From Bacteroidota bacterium (GTDB lineage Bacteria > Bacteroidota > Bacteroidia > Bacteroidales > UBA12077): 60,124 bases of DNA. Within the stretch, counting starts at the first letter, position 1. Every line of letters begins with the position of its first letter. The notes under the pieces are model-generated. The model was not told the origin of the DNA and did not search any database. It saw only the letters and a list, made by a program, of their open reading frames with translations. The translations under genes and the position numbers were made by a program. This document shows, in pieces, positions 1 through 10,397 of this stretch. Location: NCBI GenBank assembly GCA_020049295.1, contig JAIFLC010000032.1:1-60124 (forward strand), read 5' to 3'.

Positions 1-66
1 CGAACCCCCACGCCTTACGGCACTAGATCCTAAGTCTAGCTCGGCTACCAATTACGACACATCCGC
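1..66 (-). tRNA. tRNA-Leu (anticodon TAG), 3' part cut off by the window edge
   Basis: The reverse complement of 1-66 reads acceptor GCGGATG, then a D arm TCG...CGA. The anticodon stem is CTAGA/TCTAG with loop CTTAGGA (anticodon TAG). A long type-II variable arm (GCCGTAAGGCG) follows, then T stem GGGGG-TTCG runs off the window. Confidence 0.8.
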
Positions 67-260
67 AAAAAGACCGTGCAAAGATATCTAAATTTTTTAT
101 ATGCAAAACAATTTAATTGAAAATTTAAATGAAATCAAATAGATAAAGCAGAAAATTAGATATCAAAATTTTATGAATTGGTTGTTTTACAGGTATTGTT
201 AATTTCTTAGAAGGATGAACTAAGATAATTGTCCTTGGGATTCCTTATAAAAGTTTACGA

Positions 261-1037
261 TTAATCGTTTTTAGTAATATCACGTAATTCAAAATTTTTC
301 CCAAGATAAACTCGCCTCACTTGTTCATCTTCAGCAAGATCACTTGCGCTACCTGATTTAAGAATGTTTCCTTCAAATAAAAGATAAGCTCGATCCGTTA
401 TTGATAGTGTTTCGTGTACGTTATGATCAGTAATTAAAATACCTATATTTTTGTCTTTTAGGTGAGAGACAATAGCCTGAATATCCTCAACAGCTATAGG
501 ATCGACACCAGCAAAAGGTTCGTCGAGTAAAATAAATTTAGGTTTAATAGCAAGTGCTCTTGCTATTTCAGTTCTACGTCGTTCGCCACCAGAAAGTTGG
601 ATGCCCAGACTTTTTCGTATTTTTACTAACCCAAACTCATTCAATAATGTTTCTACTCGTTCTCTTTGTTCTTCTTTAGGAATATTCGACATTTCTAAAA
701 CAGCCTTAATATTATCTTCTACGCTTAGTTGTCGAAAAACAGATGCTTCTTGAGCCAGGTAACCAATACCCTGTTGAGCACGTTTATAAACAGGTTCTTT
801 GGTAATATCCTTATCATCAAGATATATTTTGCCTGAGTATGGAGTAATTAAACCAACAATCATATAAAAAGTGGTTGTCTTTCCTGCTCCATTTGGACCT
901 AGCAGCCCAACAATTTCACCTTGTTCTACTTCAACCGATACCCCTTTTACAACTGTTCTTGAGCGATATTTTTTATATAAATCGTCTGTTCTCAGTTTCG
1001 ACTTTTGTACCTGATCCATTGAATAATGTTTTTGCAA
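261..1037 (-). CDS. lptB: LPS export ABC transporter ATP-binding protein LptB
   Basis: 258 aa. Walker [10 protein letters not shown], signature LSGGERRR, Walker [13 protein letters not shown]-loop ITDHN. The size and C-terminal extension are typical of LptB. Confidence 0.85.
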   Translation of the reverse strand: MQKHYSMDQVQKSKLRTDDLYKKYRSRTVVKGVSVEVEQGEIVGLLGPNGAGKTTTFYMIVGLITPYSGKIYLDDKDITKEPVYKRAQQGIGYLAQEASVFRQLSVEDNIKAVLEMSNIPKEEQRERVETLLNEFGLVKIRKSLGIQLSGGERRRTEIARALAIKPKFILLDEPFAGVDPIAVEDIQAIVSHLKDKNIGILITDHNVHETLSITDRAYLLFEGNILKSGSASDLAEDEQVRRVYLGKNFELRDITKND

Positions 1038-1093
1038 ATGTAAATATTTATAACCAAATCTGAATTAGTTATTTTTTTATTGACAAAAAAAAA

Positions 1094-1101
1094 TATATTT
1101 G
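1094..1101 (+). promoter_or_regulatory. Candidate Bacteroidota -7 promoter box (TATATTTG, matches TAnnTTTG)
   Basis: The motif lies 37 nt upstream of the ATG at 1138. It is a motif match only, and chance matches are expected roughly once per 1-2 kb in AT-rich DNA. Confidence 0.3.
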
Positions 1102-1137
1102 TATTCCTTGTTATAAATTATTAAACCCTAAAAATTA

Positions 1138-2352
1138 ATGAAAAAGCAACTACTTACTATTGCCTTAATCCTTATTACAGCTAACGGATTTACCCAAATT
1201 AGTTATGAAAAAGGATACTTTATAGATAATCAGGATGTAAAAACGGAATGTTTAATTAAAAATCTTGACTGGAGTAATAATCCGACAAACGTTACTTATA
1301 AGATTAGCGAAAATGACAAATCAAAAGTTTTTACTATTGAACAAGTAAAGGAGTTCGGAATTTATGAATACTCAACATATAAAAGATATATTCTTCCAAT
1401 TGATAAATCAGGAACTAATATGAGCTTGCTAAGTTACAACAGGTCTCCTGAATGGGATATTGATACGGTTTATCTTAAAATTGAGATTGAGGGAGTTGCT
1501 ACGCTCTATTCTTATAAAAAAAGTAGTTTAAAAAGATTTTTTTATTCTCTTCAGGATTCCTTACCACAGCAATTAATTTATAAAAAATACACGACTGAAT
1601 CAGGCAATACATTTACAAATAATACTTTTCAAAACCAGTTATATACAGATGTAAATATTGAAAACATGTCTGTTAAGGAGATTTCACTGGTTGAATACAC
1701 ATCAAAAGAACTAAGGAATTATTTTATTCGCTTTAATGAGGCAAAGGGATTGACATATAGTAAAGACAAGAATAAAAAAACAAATATTAATCTTTTTACC
1801 AAGGCCGGCATTTCATTGTCTTCATTATCAATTTCGAACATCCATAGCGAACCTGATGATCCATTAAATATTGATTTTGGTTCAGAATATGGTTTTCGTG
1901 TAGGATTAAACGCTGAATTCTTTTTACCTGTTAATAAAGGTAAATGGGCATTATTTGTTGAACCGATATTTAGCAGTTATCATTTTGAACAGGAATATAA
2001 AACTTTTTATGATATGGGAACCGTTACTGCTCAGATAAATTCCGTTGAAATAGGTTTTGGTGTGCGGTATTTTGTTTTCCTTACTGATAAATCAAAATTT
2101 TTTCTTGGAGTATCTGTGCAGTATGATATGAATTTTAATTCAATAGTCGATTATTCCGATGACAGAGATTATGAGATACTTGGAAAAACTTTTTCATTTG
2201 TAGGATTAGGGCTTGGTTACAATTATAATAACTGGTTTAGTGTTGAAATTAATAGAATGCCTGAAAGAGGATTATTTGAAAATGTTAATTGGAGTGCAGA
2301 TTTTACTTCTTATTCGATAAACCTTTCAGTAAATTTATTTAGATCTAAATAA
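1138..2352 (+). CDS. Hypothetical secreted protein with an N-terminal soluble domain and a C-terminal outer-membrane beta-barrel-like region
   Basis: 404 aa. Signal peptide MKKQLLTIALILITANGFTQ. The C-terminal half has alternating hydrophobic/aromatic strands (GFRVGLNAEF, ALFVEPIF, IGFGVRYFVF, FLGVSVQY, GLGLGYNY, FSVEINR). Distantly paralogous to the next ORF. Confidence 0.6.
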   Translation: MKKQLLTIALILITANGFTQISYEKGYFIDNQDVKTECLIKNLDWSNNPTNVTYKISENDKSKVFTIEQVKEFGIYEYSTYKRYILPIDKSGTNMSLLSYNRSPEWDIDTVYLKIEIEGVATLYSYKKSSLKRFFYSLQDSLPQQLIYKKYTTESGNTFTNNTFQNQLYTDVNIENMSVKEISLVEYTSKELRNYFIRFNEAKGLTYSKDKNKKTNINLFTKAGISLSSLSISNIHSEPDDPLNIDFGSEYGFRVGLNAEFFLPVNKGKWALFVEPIFSSYHFEQEYKTFYDMGTVTAQINSVEIGFGVRYFVFLTDKSKFFLGVSVQYDMNFNSIVDYSDDRDYEILGKTFSFVGLGLGYNYNNWFSVEINRMPERGLFENVNWSADFTSYSINLSVNLFRSK

Positions 2353-2385
2353 TAATTTAATAAATAATAATCGGAGGATAAATTA

Positions 2386-3540
2386 ATGAAATCATTACAA
2401 ACACTTGTTGTTTTCTTTATGTTTTTTGGGATAACAATTACATATTCTCAAGGGATTTCAACTCCTGTGAGCAGTTTTAAAGAAAACAGTTCTGCAGAGA
2501 AAGGATATATAATTTCAAAAAATAATGAATATAAAGGGGGATTTATTTTTCTTGAAAAAATTAAAGGCAATGCTGAGTCTGTATTGTTTTATGAAAGCAA
2601 ACAAAGCCAGCCTGTTAGATATGACAAAACTAGTGTAATTGAATTTGGTAATGATAAAGACGAAATTTATGTATTGATGGAAATAGAGGGTGATCAAGTA
2701 TTTTTAGAGAAACTAAATTCTAATGAACCATATATTTTCTATTATTACAGTAAAGAAGGTAAAAAGTTTTATTACAAAGAAGGGAATGATCTTGTGTTAA
2801 TACCAAGGGATGAAAGGGAATTTGTCGGTGTCCTAAAAAATTTGGCTCACAATTGTGAAAATGTTTCAGATATTATAAAGCTGGTTAATTACAATAAAAT
2901 TAGTTTACCTGCATTTTCATCAAGACTCAATAATTGCAGCAACAAAAAAATCCCTTATTTTAAGGGAGGAGTTTTTGCTTCTGCTCAATTACATAAATTT
3001 ACTCTCGAAGATGATTACTATTTTGCTTTTTATTCCTTTGAGCTTGAGGGAGTGTATCATTTATATATTTCACAAGATAATTTTAATCCACAGTATAACC
3101 TGTCCTATGGAGTCTTTTTTGATATCCCGGTTTTTAAAAATAATCTGAATTTTACATTTCATCCTGAATTTGAGTTTTCTTCAAGTAATTATGAGTATAA
3201 GGAAGATGTCGCATCAGTAATTATAGATTTAAACTATTTAAATACGAACATAATGTTTAGATATAATAATCAATCACATAAAAGTTCATTGTTTATCGAT
3301 TTTGGATTAGCATATTCCTATATTATTGCGAATGATGTCCACATTGAATTTCAGGGAGCTAATTACAATACTGGATATCAATTTAAAAATATGTATGGAT
3401 TGGCTTTCGGGGTGGGCATGGAATATGCAATTTTTAAAAGAAATACGCTCAATGTTGGGCTAAAAGGTAATTATTTAACATCGTTTTATCAGAATCCATC
3501 CGTATGGAATATTGCCCCATTTATTGCATTTACATTTTAA
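2386..3540 (+). CDS. Hypothetical secreted protein with an N-terminal domain and a beta-barrel-like region; paralog of the preceding gene
   Basis: 384 aa with a signal peptide. It shares an EKGY[FI]I start and an EIEG block with the 1138-2352 product. The C-terminus IAPFIAFTF ends in an aromatic residue, like an OMP beta-signal. Confidence 0.6.
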   Translation: MKSLQTLVVFFMFFGITITYSQGISTPVSSFKENSSAEKGYIISKNNEYKGGFIFLEKIKGNAESVLFYESKQSQPVRYDKTSVIEFGNDKDEIYVLMEIEGDQVFLEKLNSNEPYIFYYYSKEGKKFYYKEGNDLVLIPRDEREFVGVLKNLAHNCENVSDIIKLVNYNKISLPAFSSRLNNCSNKKIPYFKGGVFASAQLHKFTLEDDYYFAFYSFELEGVYHLYISQDNFNPQYNLSYGVFFDIPVFKNNLNFTFHPEFEFSSSNYEYKEDVASVIIDLNYLNTNIMFRYNNQSHKSSLFIDFGLAYSYIIANDVHIEFQGANYNTGYQFKNMYGLAFGVGMEYAIFKRNTLNVGLKGNYLTSFYQNPSVWNIAPFIAFTF

Positions 3541-3574
3541 AACGTAAGAACAAATATTTAAGTCAGTCTGTAAT

Positions 3575-3614
3575 AATATCCCTTCGGAGGATTTCTTTGT
3601 AGGGATATTTTTTT
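3575..3614 (+). terminator. Putative intrinsic terminator after 2386-3540
   Basis: Arms AATATCCCT (3575-3583) and AGGGATATT (3601-3609) are followed by a T run at 3608-3614. The loop is long (17 nt). Confidence 0.5.
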
Positions 3615-6078
3615 AGAAAACAATCTGCACAGCTAATCGAATTCCAAATCGATCAATATTTTCATGATCAAGATAGCTTAGTCGCCACATGGCATCGACT
3701 CTAAAAATTTTAAGAATATTTTCAATACCGGCACTTACCTCATAATATGGTTTCGATAAACTATATAATCCTTCGGGATATAACATTACATTCTGATGCT
3801 TTTTACTAAGTTCGCCATAAAGAAATTTGCCCGACACCACTTCTCTTAGTTCCAATTTCTTAAGCAAGGGAATTCTATTGAAGAAAAATCCCTGAAAGTG
3901 TTGCTCTGCGTATATACTTATATATTTGTCGCTCGCAAACTCATAGTAATTCATCATATTAAATGCATACTTATCAAACGCATATGTTTCGTTTCCTTCG
4001 TGCAATTTGAGCAATGGATAGGGAACACTTCCAAATACTATTCCACCGTCTATTATGTATTTGAAATATCCAAAGGGACTTAAGGGGACTTTATGCGATA
4101 CATTTGCACTTATCTTATAGTATTCGTATTGGCTTTGCAATACATTATTTAACCCTACAGTAAAGAAAATATTAAATATGGGTTTGCTTGTACCAAGACT
4201 AAATCTTTCGAACTCGCCTCTCAGATATTTCTCGTTTTGTGCATACCGGATATTTAGCGTTATTTCAGAAATAGTAAGATTGTTTAACGGCAATGTATCT
4301 AACCCACTTAGTCTTTGAAATGGAATATATTCGGTAGGCTCAATTTGTTTATAATTAAATGATAGCTTATTTGAAAAACCTTGAAACCATTCATGATCAT
4401 AAGAAGTTGAGAAATCATTAACTAAGGAGAGTTTATAATTGGGGTTTCGTCTAAGAATTGATGTAAAGAAGTTGTCTTCAGTAAGTGCATTAGGGCTTTG
4501 ACCAAGTTGTTGCATATCGTGCTTATAGTCAAAACTTATCGCTTTACGTGGATTTTTATTGAAAATATATAAGACTCCTCCGCCATATTTTAATCGATTA
4601 TCTTTATCACCATATGCAATAAAGCTACTAATCATTAATTTAGTACTGAATTTATTGCTTGTTCGGCCACTGAGTCGTAAACGGTTTCCTTCAATCTCAT
4701 TAAAACTGTAGGTTTTATAATATGGACCGAGTTCAAAATACCCTATTTCATAATGGTACATGGCAAACATTCCGGCAATTTTCTCATACGTTCTATAAAT
4801 TGGTACACCCTGTATAGAATCTACCATTTTATAAATATCTCTTTCACGGGCAGTTAAATCAACGGGTCTGTAATTGTCCCAAAAACCATCTTCTTGTTTA
4901 AGGGCATCTTCTTTAACAACCACATTGTCACTTAGCGCCTTAATTTCAGTAGGTAATTCTTTGTTATACGAAATATTTATATAATCTGAAGAGTTCCTTC
5001 CAAAGAAACCAGTTGCTTTGTCGCGAATATTAAAATCGAAAAAAAGATTATCATGACTTAGGAACCAAACTTTGTTGTCTAATTGTTTGAATTCATACTC
5101 AGCAACAAAGTCGTTTATGTAATTAATATTAACATCTTTTGCCATTCGCATCTGAATCTTTTTAATTGCAAATGTAGTATCGTGTACCCAGAAATCACCT
5201 CTGAAGGTGCGTTCCATAGTTCGTTTGGGGATAAATGATATCTGATAACACCAATGATTATCAATAAAGGCACTATCTAAAAGATAATACTTATAATAAA
5301 GAAGTCCGAAATCTGCAATAGGGCTAACAAAACCAGGTTCGAAGACAGTTTCGAAGTTTTCATAAATATTAATTTTCTGGTACATCTTTCCAGTAAATTG
5401 CGATAAGCTTTCATTATCAAATCCCGAGATTTTGGTTGCTGTTATTATCTCTTTTTCAATTTTTGGATCTCGATTAAAATAATAGTCTGAAAAGGTTTCG
5501 GTTATAAATACCGGTAAAAAGGTTTTTCCGGTAATAGCATTCGTGTCAACATAATCGAAAATAAACTGAAAATCACGCAAAAAGCTATTCTTTTTAAAAT
5601 CATCATCCACATTATTTACATCAATTTCCAATTTATTATATACTTGATAAGTATACGAGTTTAAATATGTTGGATTATTATATTTTTTATTAGCAATAAT
5701 ACTCCGCAAAATAGGATGAGCTGGGTTCTCTGATGGTAAAATCACTATTTCATCAAGATAAACTGATTTTGGATTTAGCAAAATATTAAACTCTTGATAT
5801 TTATTTTTTTGAATAGCACGTATCTGTGTTTCATATCCCACAAAGGAAATAATTAATGAATCAGTAGGTGTGCGTGTTTCGAAAAAGAATATTCCATCCG
5901 TATTTGTAACTGTTCCAATCGAACTGTTTTTAAAAGATATATTTACAAACGGGAGTGGTTCATTAGTAATAGCATCCTTTATTGACCCCCTGATTTTGGT
6001 AATTTGGGCATTTGCACCCGAAACCAGAAGTAAAAAAAGGATGAAGGAAAGTATATTAAATTTTGTAAAATTTTTCAT
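3613..6078 (-). CDS. CarboxypepD_reg-like plus DUF5686-type large outer-membrane-associated protein
   Basis: 821 aa. The signal peptide is followed by IRGSIKDAITNEPLPFVNISFKNSSIGTVTNTDGIFFFE...ISFVGYET, a carboxypeptidase-regulatory-like fold. The long beta-rich remainder is typical of the Bacteroidota DUF5686 family. Confidence 0.7.
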   Translation of the reverse strand: MKNFTKFNILSFILFLLLVSGANAQITKIRGSIKDAITNEPLPFVNISFKNSSIGTVTNTDGIFFFETRTPTDSLIISFVGYETQIRAIQKNKYQEFNILLNPKSVYLDEIVILPSENPAHPILRSIIANKKYNNPTYLNSYTYQVYNKLEIDVNNVDDDFKKNSFLRDFQFIFDYVDTNAITGKTFLPVFITETFSDYYFNRDPKIEKEIITATKISGFDNESLSQFTGKMYQKINIYENFETVFEPGFVSPIADFGLLYYKYYLLDSAFIDNHWCYQISFIPKRTMERTFRGDFWVHDTTFAIKKIQMRMAKDVNINYINDFVAEYEFKQLDNKVWFLSHDNLFFDFNIRDKATGFFGRNSSDYINISYNKELPTEIKALSDNVVVKEDALKQEDGFWDNYRPVDLTARERDIYKMVDSIQGVPIYRTYEKIAGMFAMYHYEIGYFELGPYYKTYSFNEIEGNRLRLSGRTSNKFSTKLMISSFIAYGDKDNRLKYGGGVLYIFNKNPRKAISFDYKHDMQQLGQSPNALTEDNFFTSILRRNPNYKLSLVNDFSTSYDHEWFQGFSNKLSFNYKQIEPTEYIPFQRLSGLDTLPLNNLTISEITLNIRYAQNEKYLRGEFERFSLGTSKPIFNIFFTVGLNNVLQSQYEYYKISANVSHKVPLSPFGYFKYIIDGGIVFGSVPYPLLKLHEGNETYAFDKYAFNMMNYYEFASDKYISIYAEQHFQGFFFNRIPLLKKLELREVVSGKFLYGELSKKHQNVMLYPEGLYSLSKPYYEVSAGIENILKIFRVDAMWRLSYLDHENIDRFGIRLAVQIVF

Positions 6079-6119
6079 GAGATCAATTAAGAAAAAATAA
6101 ATTTAAGGCTAATCTTGGA

Positions 6120-6935
6120 TTAATTGGCTTTTCGCTCAATCTTTTTTGCAATTATAATACCTACCTCATAAAGTGCGAACAAAGGAATTGCAACCAAAAT
6201 CTGGCTAAAAACATCAGGAGGTGTTATTATGGCCGCAATAATTAGAATAACAATTATTGAATGCCTTCTGTATTTTTTTAAAAAGGTAGAACTTACAATG
6301 CCCGCCTTGCTTAAAACATAAATTAATACAGGCAATTCAAAAGCAATTCCTCCGGCAAGTGTAATAGAGGTTATTGTCGAAATGTACGATTTGAGATTGA
6401 TTTGATTTAGAACATCAGCACTTACCGAATATGAGCCCAGAAAATCAGTTGAAAGAGGAACAATGATAAAATACCCAAATAATACTCCTGTAATAAAAAG
6501 CAGAGAGCTTATAAGCACTGCTCCCCGGGTGTGTTTTAATTCGTTGGTATGCAATGCAGGCTTAATAAATCGCCAGATTTCCCAGAAGACATAAGGAAAG
6601 GCTAGAATTAATCCAGCAACAATTGAAATATTAATGTGGGTTGTAAACTGTCCGGTTAAGTTAATATTTATAAGCTGAAAAGGAACAGAGTTAATGCATA
6701 ATGCAGGTATTTCCATCCAATTTCCAAATTCACACAATAATCTGTTGGTTATGAAATTGGGATTTTTAGGAGCAAGAATGATTTTATCGAATATAATATC
6801 CTTAAATATAAATGCGGCAGAAGCAAAAATCACAATAGAAAGGGCTGATCTAACGATGTGCCATCGCAGTTCCTCAAGATGCTCAAGAAAAGTCATTTCC
6901 TTTTTTTCTTCCGTCATCAAATTTGATTTAAACAA
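6120..6935 (-). CDS. tatC: Twin-arginine translocase subunit TatC
   Basis: 271 aa, 6 predicted TM segments, N-terminal MTFLEHLEELRWHIVRS motif characteristic of TatC. Overlaps kdsD by 8 nt. Confidence 0.9.
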   Translation of the reverse strand: MFKSNLMTEEKKEMTFLEHLEELRWHIVRSALSIVIFASAAFIFKDIIFDKIILAPKNPNFITNRLLCEFGNWMEIPALCINSVPFQLININLTGQFTTHINISIVAGLILAFPYVFWEIWRFIKPALHTNELKHTRGAVLISSLLFITGVLFGYFIIVPLSTDFLGSYSVSADVLNQINLKSYISTITSITLAGGIAFELPVLIYVLSKAGIVSSTFLKKYRRHSIIVILIIAAIITPPDVFSQILVAIPLFALYEVGIIIAKKIERKAN

Positions 6936-7884
6936 TTCCTTCTTTCAGGATATCGTGAATATGCACAATACCAACATATTTTTTCTTGCTTGTAACAACC
7001 AACTGGGTAATATTGTTGTTTTCCATCAGCTGAAAAGCATTTATTGCCAGCTCATCTTTGTCAATGGTTTTTGGGTTAGCCGACATGATGTCTTTTGCGG
7101 TGAGTTTTTCAATTTTATCGTTTTTTTGTAGCATACGACGAATATCGCCATCAGTAATTACTCCCGCAAGATCACCTGTATTGTTCAATACTGCAGTTAC
7201 ACCAAGACGTTTTGAACTTATTTCAATAATTACATTTTTAACGTTTTCGTTTATTAAAACCTTGGGTACTTCGTTATTTTTATACAAATCACTAACCCGC
7301 ATGTACAGTTTTTTACCAAGTGCACCACCAGGATGATACTTAGCAAAGTCTTCGGTCGAAAATCCTCTGTACTCGAGCAGGCAAACAGCCAAAGCATCTC
7401 CAATAACCAATTGAGCTGTTGTGCTCGATGTTGGTGCCAGATTATTCGGGCATGCTTCTTTTTCTACTGTTGATTTAAGAACATAATCAGCATTCTTTCC
7501 TAAGAATGAGTCTATACTTGAAACCATTCCTATTAATGCATTACCGCGGCTTTTAATTAATGGTACAAGAACTTTTATTTCTGGAGTATTACCGCTTTTC
7601 GAAATGCATATCACAACATCATCTTCCTGAACAATTCCCAAATCGCCATGTATGGCGTCGGCAGCATGCATAAAAATGGCAGGTGTTCCTGTTGAATTTA
7701 ATGTAGCAACAATTTTATTAGCAATATTGGCACTTTTGCCAATACCTGTTACAATTACACGGCCTTTGCTTTTATAGATCAATTTAACCACCTTTTCGAA
7801 ATCCTTATCGATATAATCCGCTAATCGTTTAATGGATTCGGCTTCCTGTAATATCGTTTCCTTGGCTAACTTTATAATATTCAT
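6928..7884 (-). CDS. kdsD: Arabinose-5-phosphate isomerase (KdsD/KpsF family; SIS plus two CBS domains)
   Basis: 318 aa. SIS motifs VTGIGKS and ISKSGNT, then tandem CBS domains at the C-terminus. Confidence 0.85.
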   Translation of the reverse strand: MNIIKLAKETILQEAESIKRLADYIDKDFEKVVKLIYKSKGRVIVTGIGKSANIANKIVATLNSTGTPAIFMHAADAIHGDLGIVQEDDVVICISKSGNTPEIKVLVPLIKSRGNALIGMVSSIDSFLGKNADYVLKSTVEKEACPNNLAPTSSTTAQLVIGDALAVCLLEYRGFSTEDFAKYHPGGALGKKLYMRVSDLYKNNEVPKVLINENVKNVIIEISSKRLGVTAVLNNTGDLAGVITDGDIRRMLQKNDKIEKLTAKDIMSANPKTIDKDELAINAFQLMENNNITQLVVTSKKKYVGIVHIHDILKEGIV

Positions 7885-7991
7885 GGGTTTATGTTTTCTT
7901 GTGTTGTGGTGTTTATTAATTTAGATGTAATTTAGAATGAATAATTAAACCAATTATAAAAAAATATCGTAAATTTATATACAAATGTATT

Positions 7992-7999
7992 TAATTTTG
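7992..7999 (+). promoter_or_regulatory. Candidate -7 promoter box (TAATTTTG) upstream of recQ
   Basis: Matches TAnnTTTG. It lies 113 nt upstream of the recQ ATG and 30 nt upstream of a 28-codon upstream ORF. Confidence 0.25.
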
Positions 8000-8111
8000 G
8001 AATAATCTGATTAGGAATAAATCAAAACATGTCCCAAAAAGAATTCCAAGTGATTTCTGTAAAAGAATTGTTCGTTTATATTAGATTAGAAAATAATTTT
8101 ATTTATTTACT

Positions 8112-10307
8112 ATGAGTTTAGGTGCTGAAGTTTCATTAAAAGAATACCTTAAGAAATATTTTGGATTTGATTCTTTTAAAGGAAACCAGGAGGTGGTTAT
8201 TCGAAATGTGTTGAATGGAAATGATTCTTTCGTTCTTATGCCAACCGGTGGTGGTAAATCCCTTTGTTATCAGTTGCCATCATTAATTTTGGAAGGTACT
8301 GCCATTGTAATTTCTCCTTTAATTGCGTTAATGAAAAATCAAGTTGATGCTATGCGAGGTTTTAGTACCGAAGTAGGCGTTGCTCACTTCTTAAACTCAT
8401 CGCTTACAAAAACACAAATGCAACAGGTAAAGCAGGATGTTATAGATGGTAGAACCAAACTGCTTTATGTAGCACCCGAATCGTTAACAAAGGAAGAAAA
8501 TATTGAGTTTTTAAAACAAATTAAAATTTCATTCTATGCAGTAGACGAAGCGCACTGTATTTCAGAATGGGGACACGATTTCAGACCAGAGTATAGAAGA
8601 ATTAGGCCAATTGTAAATAAAATTGGTAAAGCTCCTATTATGGCTCTTACTGCCACAGCAACACCTAAAGTACAAAGCGATATTCAGAAAAATCTGGAAA
8701 TGATGGATGCTAGTGTATTCAAATCATCATTTAATCGCGAAAATCTGTATTACGAAGTAAGACCCAAAGTTGATGCAACAAAGGAAATTATTAAGTTTAT
8801 TAAAACTAATTCTGGTAAATCAGGTATTGTATATTGTTTAAGTCGTAAAAAGGTAGAAGAAGTAGCAGAAGCCTTGCAGGTTAATGGTATAAAAGCACTT
8901 GCATATCATGCTGGGATGGACGCATCTACACGAAGCCAAAATCAAGATAAGTTCCTAATGGAAGATATTGATGTTATTGTTGCAACAATAGCATTTGGAA
9001 TGGGTATTGACAAACCCGATGTGCGATTTGTAATTCATTATGATGTTCCTAAAAGCTTAGAAGGGTATTACCAGGAAACAGGGCGAGCTGGAAGAGATGG
9101 GGGCGAAGGGAAATGTATTTCATTCTATAGTTACAAAGATATTCAGAAACTCGAAAAATTTATGCAAGGCAAGCCTCTTGCCGAACAGGAAATTGGAAAA
9201 CAATTGTTGCTTGAAACAGTTGCATATGCCGAATCGTCTATTTGTCGACGTAGAATGTTGTTGCATTATTTTGGCGAAGAATATACTGAAGATAACTGTG
9301 AAAACTGTGATAATTGTAATCATCCCAAGGAACAATTTGATGGCATGGAGGATGTTGTCCTTGCATTACAAGCAATTATTGATGTTAAAGATAAATTTAA
9401 ATCTGACCATGTTGCAAATGTATTAGCCGGAGTAAAGAACACAGCTATAAAATCATATAAACACCATGAGCTGGAGATTTTTGGCCAAGGTTCGGAGCAC
9501 GATACCAAATACTGGAATGCAGTCATAAGACAAGCGCTTGTTGCCGGATTTGTTGATAAGGATATTGAAAATTATGGTTTGCTCAAAGTAAATCAAAAAG
9601 GTAAAAACTTTATGGATAATCCAGAACCTTTTATGTTAAGCAAAGACCATGATTTTGAAAACGACGATGACGATATTGAAGGTAAGAGTGGTGCCGGGAA
9701 AACTAGTGCTGTTGATGACGAACTATTTAATATACTTAAAGATTTAAGAAAAAAAGTAGCAAAGAATTTAAATCTTCCTCCATTTGTAATTTTTCAGGAT
9801 CCTTCTCTTGAAGATATGGCTATTCAGTATCCTATTACGCAAGATGAAATGACACGCATTGTGGGTGTTGGAACTGGAAAAGCACAAAAATATGGCAAAG
9901 ATTTTATAGAGCTTATTAAAAGATATGTTGAGGAGAAAGAAATTATTCGTCCTCAGGATATGGTAGTTAAATCAGTTGTAAATAAATCTGGTGTAAAGGT
10001 TTATATTATTCAAAGTATCGACAGACAAATGTCTTTGACAGATATTGCCAGCGCTAAAGGATTAGAAATGTCAGAATTACTTGATGAAATAGAATCCATA
10101 GTACAATCAGGAACAAAACTAAATATTGATTATTATATTGACGAAGTTATCGACGAGGATAAACAGGAAGATATTTTTGATTATTTCAGAGAAGAAGCAG
10201 AAACCGAGTCGATAGATGCTGCCTTGGAAGAACTTGGTGAGGATAAGTATTCTGAAGAGGAAATCAGATTAGTACGAATAAAATTTTTCTCTGAACTTGG
10301 AAATTAG
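8112..10307 (+). CDS. recQ: ATP-dependent DNA helicase RecQ
   Basis: 731 aa. Walker A PTGGGKS, DEAH box VDEAHCISEWGHDFRP, RecQ Zn-binding cysteines (CRRR...CENCDNC), winged-helix and C-terminal HRDC-like region. Confidence 0.95.
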   Translation: MSLGAEVSLKEYLKKYFGFDSFKGNQEVVIRNVLNGNDSFVLMPTGGGKSLCYQLPSLILEGTAIVISPLIALMKNQVDAMRGFSTEVGVAHFLNSSLTKTQMQQVKQDVIDGRTKLLYVAPESLTKEENIEFLKQIKISFYAVDEAHCISEWGHDFRPEYRRIRPIVNKIGKAPIMALTATATPKVQSDIQKNLEMMDASVFKSSFNRENLYYEVRPKVDATKEIIKFIKTNSGKSGIVYCLSRKKVEEVAEALQVNGIKALAYHAGMDASTRSQNQDKFLMEDIDVIVATIAFGMGIDKPDVRFVIHYDVPKSLEGYYQETGRAGRDGGEGKCISFYSYKDIQKLEKFMQGKPLAEQEIGKQLLLETVAYAESSICRRRMLLHYFGEEYTEDNCENCDNCNHPKEQFDGMEDVVLALQAIIDVKDKFKSDHVANVLAGVKNTAIKSYKHHELEIFGQGSEHDTKYWNAVIRQALVAGFVDKDIENYGLLKVNQKGKNFMDNPEPFMLSKDHDFENDDDDIEGKSGAGKTSAVDDELFNILKDLRKKVAKNLNLPPFVIFQDPSLEDMAIQYPITQDEMTRIVGVGTGKAQKYGKDFIELIKRYVEEKEIIRPQDMVVKSVVNKSGVKVYIIQSIDRQMSLTDIASAKGLEMSELLDEIESIVQSGTKLNIDYYIDEVIDEDKQEDIFDYFREEAETESIDAALEELGEDKYSEEEIRLVRIKFFSELGN

Positions 10308-10350
10308 TTTGAAATAATGGATTTATAATAAAAAAGTTATAATTTCGATG

Positions 10351-10375
10351 GGATGCAGAAATGCATCCTGTTTTT
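10351..10375 (+). terminator. Intrinsic terminator after recQ
   Basis: Stem GGATGCA/TGCATCC with a GAAA loop, followed by TGTTTTT. Confidence 0.7.
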
Positions 10376-10397
10376 GTTAAATTAAAATTCAATTCAA

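Noticed and set aside
6694-7336. Plus-strand ORFs 6694-7131 and 7058-7336
   Set aside because: They are antisense to well-supported tatC and kdsD and have no motifs. Shadow ORFs.
9097-9526. ORFs 9097-9426 (+), 9120-9335 (-) and 9320-9526 (-)
   Set aside because: All are nested in recQ, out of frame or antisense, with no independent support.
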